Shown here: in pieces, positions 18,974-27,923 of the stretch
How positions within the stretch are numbered: position 1 is the stretch's first letter
Layout of the letters: each line of letters begins with the position of its first letter
Source of the DNA: a virus
Lineage: Duplodnaviria; Caudoviricetes
Direction: 5' to 3' (one strand)
Length of the DNA: 64,000 nt
Virus record (IMG/VR): IMGVR_UViG_3300014205_000175
Span: 128,001-192,000 of that record
Translations under genes and position numbers: made by a program
Notes under the pieces: model-generated
Told to the model about the DNA's origin: nothing
The model's database searches: none
Seen by the model: only the letters and a program-made list of their open reading frames with translations

Positions 18974-19047
18974 TGTTTCCCCTTGTTTAATAAGACTCCA
19001 CTAGATGAATAGTGGGTAGAGTTTTATCTGGTTTCTGATTTTAACGC

Positions 19048-19067
19048 AGTTACATATATAATACATG
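19048..19067 (+). promoter_or_regulatory. Putative early promoter
   Basis: agttacatatataatacatg. Confidence 0.75.
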
Positions 19068-19130
19068 GATACTAACACTATCGTTGGATCTACGTTAATT
19101 CGGCGTTAACTGGATATGGAGATTTTAATC

Positions 19131-19727
19131 ATGTACTACTGCACTATTGATGACAATGACGTGTTTGTCGAAGTTACCACGCTAGAAATGCAGCTGGCGG
19201 CAATAACCGAGTCCCATCGACAGGAGACTCTGAAAAGGTTGTGTATTACAGGTGGGGCGTTGGTAGTTCACCTGACCGAAGAAGCTCTGCAGCACATCCA
19301 GGTCTCGGGTGTTTTGAATAGTCAGGCACGCGAGCAGTTTACCGAGGTGAAATCGGGTTACTACATCACCCTCATTGAAGACTTCATGATCGGATTGGAG
19401 AAATCGGAAGTCGAGGCTCTTTTTCAACATGAGGTAGGACATCTGAAACACGGTATGCCCGAGACTACTGCTGAAAATACGCAGTGTGGCATTTTGATGT
19501 CGCTCGAAGATGAACTGGCTGCCGATGCTTACGCTGTCCAACAGGTGGGTACTCAAGTAGTGCAGAGCGCACTCATCAAGCTACTGGGTAATCGCTATCG
19601 AGTTGCCGAGCAATATGGTTTCCAGCTACCAGATACGATCGACAATCTCGTGCAGATTGATATGGCAGATCCTTTCATGAAGGTCCGTCTTGAAACCCTG
19701 CAGGCTTTGTCTGCTACAGCTCATTGA
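19131..19727 (+). CDS. Zn metallopeptidase-like protein (M48/gluzincin-like)
   Basis: FQHEVGH...EDELAADAYA; start at 19131 follows GGAG. Confidence 0.75.
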   Translation: MYYCTIDDNDVFVEVTTLEMQLAAITESHRQETLKRLCITGGALVVHLTEEALQHIQVSGVLNSQAREQFTEVKSGYYITLIEDFMIGLEKSEVEALFQHEVGHLKHGMPETTAENTQCGILMSLEDELAADAYAVQQVGTQVVQSALIKLLGNRYRVAEQYGFQLPDTIDNLVQIDMADPFMKVRLETLQALSATAH

Positions 19728-19739
19728 AAAGGAGCAATC

Positions 19740-19976
19740 ATGAGCTATCTGGATCTGTATCTGCTCTCAGGTATTTTCGTCGGCATAGTAGAAGTTTTCA
19801 AACGTCAAGAGATCGCTCAGGAAATCATCGCACGGCGTATCAAGCGCGGCATGGTGTCGCCAGAGAGAAGGCTTGAGCTACTAATCAACACCACTATCAT
19901 CGTCACGGCCATCACCCCGGTGATCAATACCTGGACGATGGCTGCCCGTATCATCCGAATCCTGCACGGGAGATAA
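19740..19976 (+). CDS. Small membrane protein
   Basis: Two hydrophobic segments; AGGAG RBS. Confidence 0.65.
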   Translation: MSYLDLYLLSGIFVGIVEVFKRQEIAQEIIARRIKRGMVSPERRLELLINTTIIVTAITPVINTWTMAARIIRILHGR

Positions 19977-19981
19977 ATCGT

Positions 19982-20053
19982 ATGTTTTCATCCGAACTGC
20001 AAGGCGCTATGTTCGCTTTTGTCGTGTTTCTCGTCTTACAAGCAGCTGCTTAA
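19982..20053 (+). CDS. Putative 23-aa hydrophobic peptide
   Basis: MFSSELQGAMFAFVVFLVLQAAA with a GGAG RBS; fills the gap between genes. Confidence 0.4.
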   Translation: MFSSELQGAMFAFVVFLVLQAAA

Positions 20054-20079
20054 TTCATCCATCACTAGGAGTCTCCGTC

Positions 20080-20874
20080 ATGCACAGCATCAAAGTCACC
20101 AACCGTGAGCAACTCATCGAAATCATTACCAACGCTGCTGTCAATGCCGATCTCAATCATCTCGACGTGAGCGGTATCACTGACATGAGTGGATTATTTT
20201 CATGCGGCAAGTTTACGGGCAACATCAGTGAGTGGATTGTATCTAATGTCACTGACATGAGCCATATGTTTTACAATAGCTCATTTAACGGCGACATCAG
20301 TCGATGGAACACGGCTAGCGTCACAAACATGCACCTGATGTTTGCAGGCAGTCAGTTTAACAGCGACATCTCGGGATGGGATGTATCCAACGTTACCAAC
20401 ATGTCAGGCATGTTTGGCGACAGTCAGTTCAATGAGGACATCTCGCACTGGAATGTCGGTCAAGTTACCGACATGTCAGGCATGTTCTACAAGAGTCAAT
20501 TCGATGGCGATATCTCACATTGGAATACCTCGCACATCACTAACATGCGAGCGATGCTCTCGTATAGTCAGTTCAACGGCGACATTTCACAGTGGGATGT
20601 GAGTCAAGTCACCGACATGTCTAACATGTTTACCCTTAGTCGCTTTAATGGCGACATCTCGAAATGGGATGTTAGCAACGTTACCAATATGACCTGGATG
20701 TTTGCAGGCAGTCAGTTTAACAGCGACATCTCGGGATGGGATGTATCCAATGTTATCGATATGCACGAGATGTTCGCAAGTAGTTCATTTACTGGCGACG
20801 TCAGCGCTTGGAACATCCGTTCCGATGCTGATACTACCGACATGTTTGTTGAGTTCGACATATACGCTGAGTAA
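20080..20874 (+). CDS. DUF285/BspA-like (PARCEL) leucine-rich-repeat protein
   Basis: 24-aa repeats FNGDISxWDVSxVTDMSxMF; N-cap ADLNHLDVS. Confidence 0.9.
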   Translation: MHSIKVTNREQLIEIITNAAVNADLNHLDVSGITDMSGLFSCGKFTGNISEWIVSNVTDMSHMFYNSSFNGDISRWNTASVTNMHLMFAGSQFNSDISGWDVSNVTNMSGMFGDSQFNEDISHWNVGQVTDMSGMFYKSQFDGDISHWNTSHITNMRAMLSYSQFNGDISQWDVSQVTDMSNMFTLSRFNGDISKWDVSNVTNMTWMFAGSQFNSDISGWDVSNVIDMHEMFASSSFTGDVSAWNIRSDADTTDMFVEFDIYAE

Positions 20875-20938
20875 CCATACGCAACCCCCTAGAGCCTATC
20901 GCTCTAGGGATTTTTTACCACTAACAGGAGCCTCCATC

Positions 20939-21343
20939 ATGCAAACCATCAAAGTCACCAGCCGTGAAGAACTCATCAGTATCATTCGTCAAGCGCCATT
21001 GAATGCAGATTTGAACCATCTGGACGTAAGTGCGGTCACGGACATGTCCTGTGTGTTTGCCGGTAGTCGGTTCAATGGAGACATTTCGAAGTGGAATGTA
21101 TCGAACGTCACCGATATGATGGGTATGTTTGCCGACAGTCGGTTTAACGGTGACATCTCTCAATGGGATGTATCCAGCGTCACAGACATGTCGGCAATGT
21201 TCGAATACAGTCCCTTTACTGGTGATATCTCCGCTTGGAACGTCCGTAACGTGACCGACATGGAGGAGATGTTTGCCCATAGCTCTTTTACTGGCGACCT
21301 CAGCAACTGGAGGCCAGATTGTTCCACTAACGACATGTTTTAA
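20939..21343 (+). CDS. DUF285/BspA-like repeat protein, shorter paralog
   Basis: MQTIKVTSREELI...ADLNHLDVS plus repeats; true start at 20939 behind the shared leader. Confidence 0.9.
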   Translation: MQTIKVTSREELISIIRQAPLNADLNHLDVSAVTDMSCVFAGSRFNGDISKWNVSNVTDMMGMFADSRFNGDISQWDVSSVTDMSAMFEYSPFTGDISAWNVRNVTDMEEMFAHSSFTGDLSNWRPDCSTNDMF

Positions 21344-21421
21344 CCCGCACGCTATTCAGTTCACCCGTTTCCCCTATAGTCTAATGCCGTAGGGGTTCTA
21401 TCGACACCAGGAACTTCCATC

Positions 21422-21520
21422 ATGCACACCATCACCACCGCTTACACCCAAGGCAACGGCGTTATCCGCTCGACTGTCGTTATCACTGCGATCGTCGCCT
21501 TGGTTTTGCTGGGTCTTTAA
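21422..21520 (+). CDS. Putative 32-aa membrane peptide
   Basis: MHTITTAYTQGNGVIRSTVVITAIVALVLLGL, preceded by the conserved aggaacttccatc leader. Confidence 0.55.
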   Translation: MHTITTAYTQGNGVIRSTVVITAIVALVLLGL

Positions 21521-21584
21521 TGTGTCGGGGACACTAGCTGTCCCTGTGGTATCAGTAGCGAAAAAAGAAAGGGAGGATATTCCG

Positions 21585-22247
21585 ATGACTAAGTTTAGCA
21601 CGTGTGTTTGGCTCGCATTTATCTGGGGTGCACTACTGGCTCTGAGCTGGAACGATCATGTCGAACACGAACGCGATCAGGACAAAACTTACCAACTCGC
21701 CGAATCTTCTAGCGACACCCGTCCGATCACCTATGTTGAAGAACCGCTGGTGTTTACTAAACCTCAAGCCAGGGTCAAGCCGACAGTGAGCAGGAACACA
21801 GCAGCAAAATCACCCACGCAACATAAACTCGCCCTGGCCATCACTAAGGTCTACAGGGCAGTCGAGTACGAGACGGCACAGCGCATCGTTGAACTCACCC
21901 ACCAGCACGCTAGAAAGCATAATCTTAACCCGATGCTCATGATAGGGCTGATTGCGGCTGAGTCGAGCTTTAATCGTAACGCCGTCTCTCCGGTGGGTGC
22001 AATCGGCTACACGCAAGTGCTACCGAAGTGGCATCAGGAGAAGATCCGTGGGCGCGATCTCAGAGATGTACGCGTGTCTATCGAAGTAGGCGCTCAAGTG
22101 CTGAAAGACTGTTTCGACAGACGCGGGAACACCAAAATGGCGCTGGCATGCTACAACGGCGCTCAGCGCAAGAAGGACATCGAGGAATACTACACGATGG
22201 TCATGGATCGTAAAGATCGTATCACTACAGTGATGCAAAACATCTAA
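21585..22247 (+). CDS. SLT-domain lytic transglycosylase with N-terminal signal/anchor
   Basis: IAAESSFNRNAVSPVGAIGYTQV...ALACYNG; hydrophobic N-terminus; GGAGG RBS. Confidence 0.9.
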   Translation: MTKFSTCVWLAFIWGALLALSWNDHVEHERDQDKTYQLAESSSDTRPITYVEEPLVFTKPQARVKPTVSRNTAAKSPTQHKLALAITKVYRAVEYETAQRIVELTHQHARKHNLNPMLMIGLIAAESSFNRNAVSPVGAIGYTQVLPKWHQEKIRGRDLRDVRVSIEVGAQVLKDCFDRRGNTKMALACYNGAQRKKDIEEYYTMVMDRKDRITTVMQNI

Positions 22248-22259
22248 AAGAGGACCAGC

Positions 22260-23039
22260 ATGCTGAATGCAGAGCACCGAAAAGTATTTGAAGAGATGGT
22301 GACTAAGGCTCATCAACGCATTGAGAAAAATGATCAAGGTAACTACATAGATAAAAATGTTAGAACCTTGTGGCGTGGTTTTAAGATGGGCGTAAAAGCT
22401 AGCGAAACCATTAAATCTCGGTACCGAACAGTATGGGTGGTGGCACGGATACAGGACGATAGGTCCTATAGTTTTAGCCTTAATCCTTACCGACACCTCA
22501 GTGAACTTGAGGCTATGAACGAAGCATCTCGTTTGACTTCAATTCATCAAGCGCGCTTCGCTGTGTTCAGACGCATCCATATCACATCTGCAACACAGCA
22601 GTCCGTTGTCGAATCCGTATCGTCTGCGATGTCGATGGACGATGTATTTCCTGATTATCAGGACGGACATTGTCATGTACTTGCCATCGCACTACACCAA
22701 AGGTATGGTTACGACCTGTACGCCATTGCAGAAGACCGAGAATATCCGGATGGTGCTGCCTTGGGACTCATTCATGCTTACTGTCTTACTGATATGAGTG
22801 ATGCTGTCGATGCCAGTGGTATGATTGACGTAGCAACGATGCATGAAAGATATTTGCCTTTGGGTAATAACCCGATGGTAATGAGACTTACCAGCGAAGA
22901 ATTGTGGTGGTTGGCAGAGGGTGATGTGGCGATCGATCTAAAGGCGATAACGAGAGCGCATCGATATATCGACGAGATGATCGCCACCAGTAACGCATCT
23001 GTCATTTTTAAAAGGAGTAATGCCTATGTGTTCGCCTAA
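22260..23039 (+). CDS. Two-domain protein; C-terminal domain has a candidate Cys-His-Asp (papain/transglutaminase-like) triad
   Basis: YQDGHCHVLAIALH...IHAYC...VDASG. Confidence 0.55.
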   Translation: MLNAEHRKVFEEMVTKAHQRIEKNDQGNYIDKNVRTLWRGFKMGVKASETIKSRYRTVWVVARIQDDRSYSFSLNPYRHLSELEAMNEASRLTSIHQARFAVFRRIHITSATQQSVVESVSSAMSMDDVFPDYQDGHCHVLAIALHQRYGYDLYAIAEDREYPDGAALGLIHAYCLTDMSDAVDASGMIDVATMHERYLPLGNNPMVMRLTSEELWWLAEGDVAIDLKAITRAHRYIDEMIATSNASVIFKRSNAYVFA

Positions 23040-23712
23040 GAAGCCTGTTCCGGTTACCCCCGAAGAACAAGACATCGCTTTGGTGCGTAAAGACCCTCAT
23101 GCACTAAAGCATCTCAGCAGCCAAACTCCTGCTGTGTGTTTGGCTGCAGTGCGTCAGAACGGACTGACTCTCATGTACGTCAAGGAACAAACGCCTGAGA
23201 TCTGCATGGCAGCGATCAAAGAAGAACCAGCAGCGTTGCGTTATGTGCATGAACAAACCCTGGAGCTTTGCCTAGAAGCGGTCGCGACCAATCCTTCGAT
23301 AGTCGTCTATGTGAACAACCCGACCGAAGAGTTCTGGACGAAGGCTCTCAAGCGTGACGGCATGCTGCTGAAATTCGCACCTCTGCAGTTTCATCGACTG
23401 AGTCTGATCGCCGTACAGCAAAACGGCCTGACACTGAAGTTCGTCCGACAGCAAACCCCGGAGATCTGTAAGGCAGCAGTCGAACAAAACTCTTTCGCCC
23501 TGCGATACGTCCGTGACCAAACCTACGAGTTATGCCTCTCGGCTGCGCTCCGTAGTCCGTACGTGTTGGAGATGATAAATGAGGAAGAAATCTATGAGCA
23601 GGTCTGTAAAGCTATCCACGATAACAAAACCACTGCTAACGTACGATCTGTCATCGTTGAGCAACACACACAACTCTACTTAAACCCTAGGAACCATCTA
23701 TGCGAGTGTTGA
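23026..23712 (+). CDS. DUF4116 repeat protein
   Basis: Repeats QTPEIC(L)AAVxQNGxAL(R/K)YV. Confidence 0.85.
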   Translation: MCSPKKPVPVTPEEQDIALVRKDPHALKHLSSQTPAVCLAAVRQNGLTLMYVKEQTPEICMAAIKEEPAALRYVHEQTLELCLEAVATNPSIVVYVNNPTEEFWTKALKRDGMLLKFAPLQFHRLSLIAVQQNGLTLKFVRQQTPEICKAAVEQNSFALRYVRDQTYELCLSAALRSPYVLEMINEEEIYEQVCKAIHDNKTTANVRSVIVEQHTQLYLNPRNHLCEC

Positions 23713-24470
23713 ACAAATACAAGGACGCCAAAAGCTGGACTACGGTCTATATCGGTAGGGGCTCGGTGTTTGGTAACCCTTACGTCATCGGTGAACACGG
23801 CACGCGTGAAGCCGTCATCGCGATGTACGACAAATGGCTGACGAACAAAATCCTTCAGCGTGACGTCATAATGCTGGGTGCTTTGAGGCAACTCACCAAA
23901 GATTCGGACCTGATGTGTTTTTGTAAACCGGTACCGTGTCACGGTGATGTCATCCAACGCATCTGGGAGGAGATCAGTAGTCACGAGACATGGGATGCTG
24001 GCGTGGATGCTTTTATCGCTCGTCACGGTAAAAACTACCTGCCCGTTAACGATGGGGTCGATCACATCAACGTTTATAGCCGCGGCAACACCGAGCTCGG
24101 ACGCTGGTTATCTAACTTTGCCCGCGCACCGTTCATACACCCCCTATACGGGGTTTTCGAGAGCATCGAAGGGTTCTGGTACTGGCTCGGTACTGGTAAG
24201 AGTGTAGAGGCTCTAAGAGGCACTCACGGGCTAGCGGCTAAACGTCTCGGTAAACAATACCTCAAAGTCCCGTGTGACAATTTCGAAGAAGAGATCCGTC
24301 AAGCCATCACCTATAAGCTAGAGCAACATCCGCAATATCTGAAGATGTTGCGCGAGAGCTCGTTGCCACTGGCTCATTACTATTACTACGGTGAGCCTGA
24401 AAACTGCAAGATTATCACTATGCCTCAGTTCGATTGGATCATCGAACACCTAGAACACCAGCGTGTTTAA
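23700..24470 (+). CDS. DUF4326 domain fused to a NADAR-like domain
   Basis: VYIGRGSVFGNPY...DLMCFCKPVPCHGDV (DUF4326); DGVDHINVYSRGNTELGRWLSNF...FESIEGFWYW...KLEQHP (NADAR-like, inferred). Confidence 0.75.
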   Translation: MRVLNKYKDAKSWTTVYIGRGSVFGNPYVIGEHGTREAVIAMYDKWLTNKILQRDVIMLGALRQLTKDSDLMCFCKPVPCHGDVIQRIWEEISSHETWDAGVDAFIARHGKNYLPVNDGVDHINVYSRGNTELGRWLSNFARAPFIHPLYGVFESIEGFWYWLGTGKSVEALRGTHGLAAKRLGKQYLKVPCDNFEEEIRQAITYKLEQHPQYLKMLRESSLPLAHYYYYGEPENCKIITMPQFDWIIEHLEHQRV

Positions 24471-24526
24471 GGCACTTCCCTCTTCTCCCTACCTGGCAGA
24501 TGCCGGTAGGGAGAAGAGAGGGTGCT

Positions 24527-24994
24527 TTATTTTTTGCTATCGGAATGAAACTGCTGCTCCACTGATGCTGCGATGTTGGACTTACGTCGGTTTTCTTCAT
24601 CGGCTGAGCGATTGAGCATATCGACAACATCAACCGGCATCTCCAAGTATTCGGCGATGCTTAGTCCATAGATCTCACGGATGTTTTTGGCGATGTAGAT
24701 ACGCAGTATCGTCTCCATGAGACTGCCATCATTGGGATTTTCAACATCATGAAATGCAACACTCGATAGTGGTTTGGCGATTGCTTGTTTGAAATGGTTG
24801 TGTACACCATACTCGACATCATAAGCACTACCCAACACAATAGCGCTATCGACGGCATTGAGTTTGGGTAGCTTCTTGAACATCTCACCGATAAAGCTGT
24901 ACCAGTCTACATCCAGTCCGAAACCTGGTACAGCGATATGACGTCCACTCAGCGAGTCGCTATTCTCTGAATTCGCTGAGTGATGAGGCCGAAA
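24527..24994 (-). CDS. -1 frame ORF, probably expressed as a frameshift extension of the gp77-like protein (fusion about 651 aa)
   Basis: Frame is open from the slippery site to TAA. The first ATG (24883) is about 37 codons inside and has no properly spaced SD. Confidence 0.7.
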   Translation of the reverse strand, partial: FRPHHSANSENSDSLSGRHIAVPGFGLDVDWYSFIGEMFKKLPKLNAVDSAIVLGSAYDVEYGVHNHFKQAIAKPLSSVAFHDVENPNDGSLMETILRIYIAKNIREIYGLSIAEYLEMPVDVVDMLNRSADEENRRKSNIAASVEQQFHSDSKK

Positions 24995-24997
24995 AAA
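24946..24997 (-). promoter_or_regulatory. -1 programmed ribosomal frameshift signal
   Basis: In-frame heptamer T TTT TTC (24997-24991), 8-nt spacer, perfect 10-bp stem cactcagcga/tcgctgagtg (24982-24946). Confidence 0.75.
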
Positions 24998-26481
24998 AGC
25001 TGGATCACATCCAACGGGATGATGTTAACAAATGCATCATTGATGGTGTTTTCTTTTTGCTCCGTATGACATACCGGGCAGTCGTAAGTAGGAATGCCAA
25101 CTACTGCCAGCGTGCTATCATTGATATACTTGACCACGGCTTCAATGAACTTTTCACGCACCCGATCATCTGCCGACATCACATCCAGCGTCATCTCGAT
25201 GGTTTCGCGATCATCGATGACGTTGCTATCGAGTTCGATCGATTCGATCCAGTGGGCATACTGGCGCATTGAAGTAGCCTGCGCATACCGTTGGATGATG
25301 AGGTTACGTTCTTCATCATTGGCAGTAGTATTGATGCTCGTAGTGATCTTATCAACGATGCCAGAAATCCAACGATGGCCTTCGTTGACATACTGCGTGA
25401 CCGTCGGCGATTTGAGAGTGACATGTAGCTCTGAATCTGTGAACGCATCCGAGAGTGAGACACGACGGTTTTTCAGTCCTAGCATCTCATCCCGGTACTT
25501 CTTCACGCTACTGAGATCACGACCGAACGGTTGACGCAGTGCCATGTGAGATTTCTGCCACTCAGTTAGAGCATTGCTGTTGGTCCACAGTAGTTTACTC
25601 AGATTCAGCCGTTCCTCAACGACGTGGTTGCATTTTTCTGGATTGGTCAGACAGCCACGTTGGTACTGAAAGCCTTTCGGGTACATCGTACAAGCAAAAC
25701 CCCACACCAGTGTGAATAGATCTTGCACTGCGATATGGTCCCGGATATTCGAAATCGGCAGTTCCTCGTTACGTACCGTAGTGGTGTAGATATGCGAAGC
25801 GATGAAATCCATCAGGTAATCGACAGTGTAGCTCGTCGTATTCGAATACACCAGACCGTAGGTGAAACGACCCATGCGGATTTTCTCCGACACCAGTAGT
25901 CGGTTAAGCTCGATGATCTCAGCTTCAGTGGGTGGTTTGAGCGTAACCCAAATACCGCTATGCCATAGCGGCACTTGGAACGTCGTGCCCAACCCCAGCT
26001 GACGAATCACCCTCAGTACCGCTCGCTCGCCTTTGAGGTTCTCGTTTTCCGTCTGTTTGATCTTGGGTGCCTGAGCACTATAACGCTGACCGTTAAAGTC
26101 CACTGATTGTTTGTAAAGAGCGCTGACGTTTTCCATGGTAGGCACGAAAGCCTTGGCAAACGTATTATACTCTAGGCCACCAGCCACTACATCAGCCCAT
26201 TTACGCGAATCGGGATTATCGAGTAGGTTGATATTAGGAGTATCTTCGAGAAGCTGACGAGCTACCGAGTCCAGATTAGACGGCAGAGGTAGCGTGAGAT
26301 CATTGTCATCCCAGTTTGTCGCTGTACTGACAGCTTCCTCTTGCACTGCTTTATGGCGGATCGGTACAGATTTATCTTCTTCGACTGCTATCTCAGGTTC
26401 TACTTGAGGCACCGGGCTCTCATAGACTTCATCGGTTTCAACCGTATTTTCTACTTCGCTAGCACAGCTTTCTTGATTCAT
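24949..26481 (-). CDS. phiKZ gp77-like conserved protein (candidate tail/baseplate assembly chaperone)
   Basis: 510 aa; QVPLWHSGIWVTLKPP, CLTNPEKC, CPVC, ends IIPLDVIQLFF; synteny. Confidence 0.7.
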   Translation of the reverse strand: MNQESCASEVENTVETDEVYESPVPQVEPEIAVEEDKSVPIRHKAVQEEAVSTATNWDDNDLTLPLPSNLDSVARQLLEDTPNINLLDNPDSRKWADVVAGGLEYNTFAKAFVPTMENVSALYKQSVDFNGQRYSAQAPKIKQTENENLKGERAVLRVIRQLGLGTTFQVPLWHSGIWVTLKPPTEAEIIELNRLLVSEKIRMGRFTYGLVYSNTTSYTVDYLMDFIASHIYTTTVRNEELPISNIRDHIAVQDLFTLVWGFACTMYPKGFQYQRGCLTNPEKCNHVVEERLNLSKLLWTNSNALTEWQKSHMALRQPFGRDLSSVKKYRDEMLGLKNRRVSLSDAFTDSELHVTLKSPTVTQYVNEGHRWISGIVDKITTSINTTANDEERNLIIQRYAQATSMRQYAHWIESIELDSNVIDDRETIEMTLDVMSADDRVREKFIEAVVKYINDSTLAVVGIPTYDCPVCHTEQKENTINDAFVNIIPLDVIQLFFGLITQRIQRIATR

Positions 26482-26975
26482 TTGGGTTCTCCGGATTTGG
26501 AACGGTTGATAGCTTCCATCGCCATGTCAGTGATAGACAGCACAGTTTGGAAACTCAGGGATTTGAAGTTATCGAAAAACTCGGTATAAAGACCATAGAT
26601 GCTAAAGGCCGCAGCGAGCTCATCTTCGGTAGTGATATTACCGCTACGTTGGCTATGCATCGCGTGGATGGCGATGAGTTGATTAGTAAAGAGATCAATG
26701 TCACGCTTAAAACCATCGACCGCCACGCGGAACTCGGAGGGGTTAGTTACGTAGTTCATCAGGTTCGGGTAGTTAACGAGTTCGGTGACGGAACTCAGCG
26801 TCTCGTAGATCCCGGTGGCGCATTTCTGATACAGGTCTTCGAGTTCACTCCAGGACTGCGATAGGTCCTGGCGCGGAGCAGTGCCACGGTAGGTATCACT
26901 AATAGCTGCTGCAGTTGTTTTGGCAACAGGGATGACAGCTTTCTTCGCTGCCGGTTTAAGGGTTTTGCTAACCAT
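26478..26975 (-). CDS. Conserved hypothetical protein (gp78-like position)
   Basis: 165 aa, GGAG RBS, overlaps the next gene by 4 nt. Confidence 0.7.
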   Translation of the reverse strand: MVSKTLKPAAKKAVIPVAKTTAAAISDTYRGTAPRQDLSQSWSELEDLYQKCATGIYETLSSVTELVNYPNLMNYVTNPSEFRVAVDGFKRDIDLFTNQLIAIHAMHSQRSGNITTEDELAAAFSIYGLYTEFFDNFKSLSFQTVLSITDMAMEAINRSKSGEPK

Positions 26976-27062
26976 GATTAAAAATCTCCAAAGGTGAAAT
27001 GATGTGGTGCTTCCAGCTAATATGGACTAGCTAATTTTTTTAACTTTAAGTGTGAGGTAGTT

Positions 27063-27923
27063 ATGTTGGACAATGATGTATACGAATTCATTATGAGTCA
27101 TTATCCGCCGGGTCAAGCTGATGAGATGTTAAGAAGTTTTGAACTACTGTTCGCCTATGGTTTGAAATATCCCGATAGCGAATTTGCTGAGTTGGCAGTA
27201 ACCTCGGATAACTATACTCAAGATGCCATCGTAGATCTTTTTAGCTACAAACTACGAACCGCGCTCGATCGACTACTGGAAGAACATGCGTTATATCTGA
27301 AACCTGAAACTAGTCTTGAAACATGTAATGAGATTGTCGCTGGGGTATTTCTACTACAGAACCTAGCCGACTATTCGATGGTAGCTGAGATTCTAGAATC
27401 TTATCTCGATCATGAAGAGCAACTCATTGCTATCCTCGGCTATGTCAGCGCTCTTAACGATATCCAGTTAGCAGATGCATTTTCTAAGACTGACGGGGTA
27501 TTTCTCACAGCACTACGTAACTTCATTACACAACGCTCAGTCACGCCTGCTGTTGAGCATAGCGATGACGAAGGTCCGTTACTAGTGAAGTTAAAACGAT
27601 TTCGTCAATTTATCGACAGTAACAGTGCCCTTGGTATCACGTTACTCGAAGATGGTGTGCCGTGTGCTCTGCCGTTAGAACAATATCTAGGGCATCTACA
27701 GCACCTCGATCAAACTACCCTGGCATTACCGCAGCTGGCTTTGGATATATTGTCAGTGCTATTGCTCTCGCCCGATAGTTATCAGCTACCATTACTTGCC
27801 TATCGCAAACATAGTCACGGGTTTATTACGGATCTGACTACCATCTCCCAGGTGGATGCTATTATCACGCATATCCTCAACGATTTTGAACGCTACCGTC
27901 TGGATGGAGTCTCTCATGAATAA
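27063..27923 (+). CDS. phiKZ gp79-like hypothetical protein
   Basis: 286 aa immediately upstream of vRNAP beta'; synteny. Confidence 0.6.
   Translation: MLDNDVYEFIMSHYPPGQADEMLRSFELLFAYGLKYPDSEFAELAVTSDNYTQDAIVDLFSYKLRTALDRLLEEHALYLKPETSLETCNEIVAGVFLLQNLADYSMVAEILESYLDHEEQLIAILGYVSALNDIQLADAFSKTDGVFLTALRNFITQRSVTPAVEHSDDEGPLLVKLKRFRQFIDSNSALGITLLEDGVPCALPLEQYLGHLQHLDQTTLALPQLALDILSVLLLSPDSYQLPLLAYRKHSHGFITDLTTISQVDAIITHILNDFERYRLDGVSHE

Noticed and set aside
20337-20750. DGR template/variable repeat pair
   Set aside because: The copies are identical rather than differing at adenines, both lie in one ORF, and there is no reverse transcriptase in the window.
20702-20938. N-terminal extension of the second DUF285 ORF, or a frameshift fusion of the pair
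   Set aside because: It is an off-frame overlap with the first gene. A hairpin and a proper leader precede ATG 20939, and I saw no slippery site.
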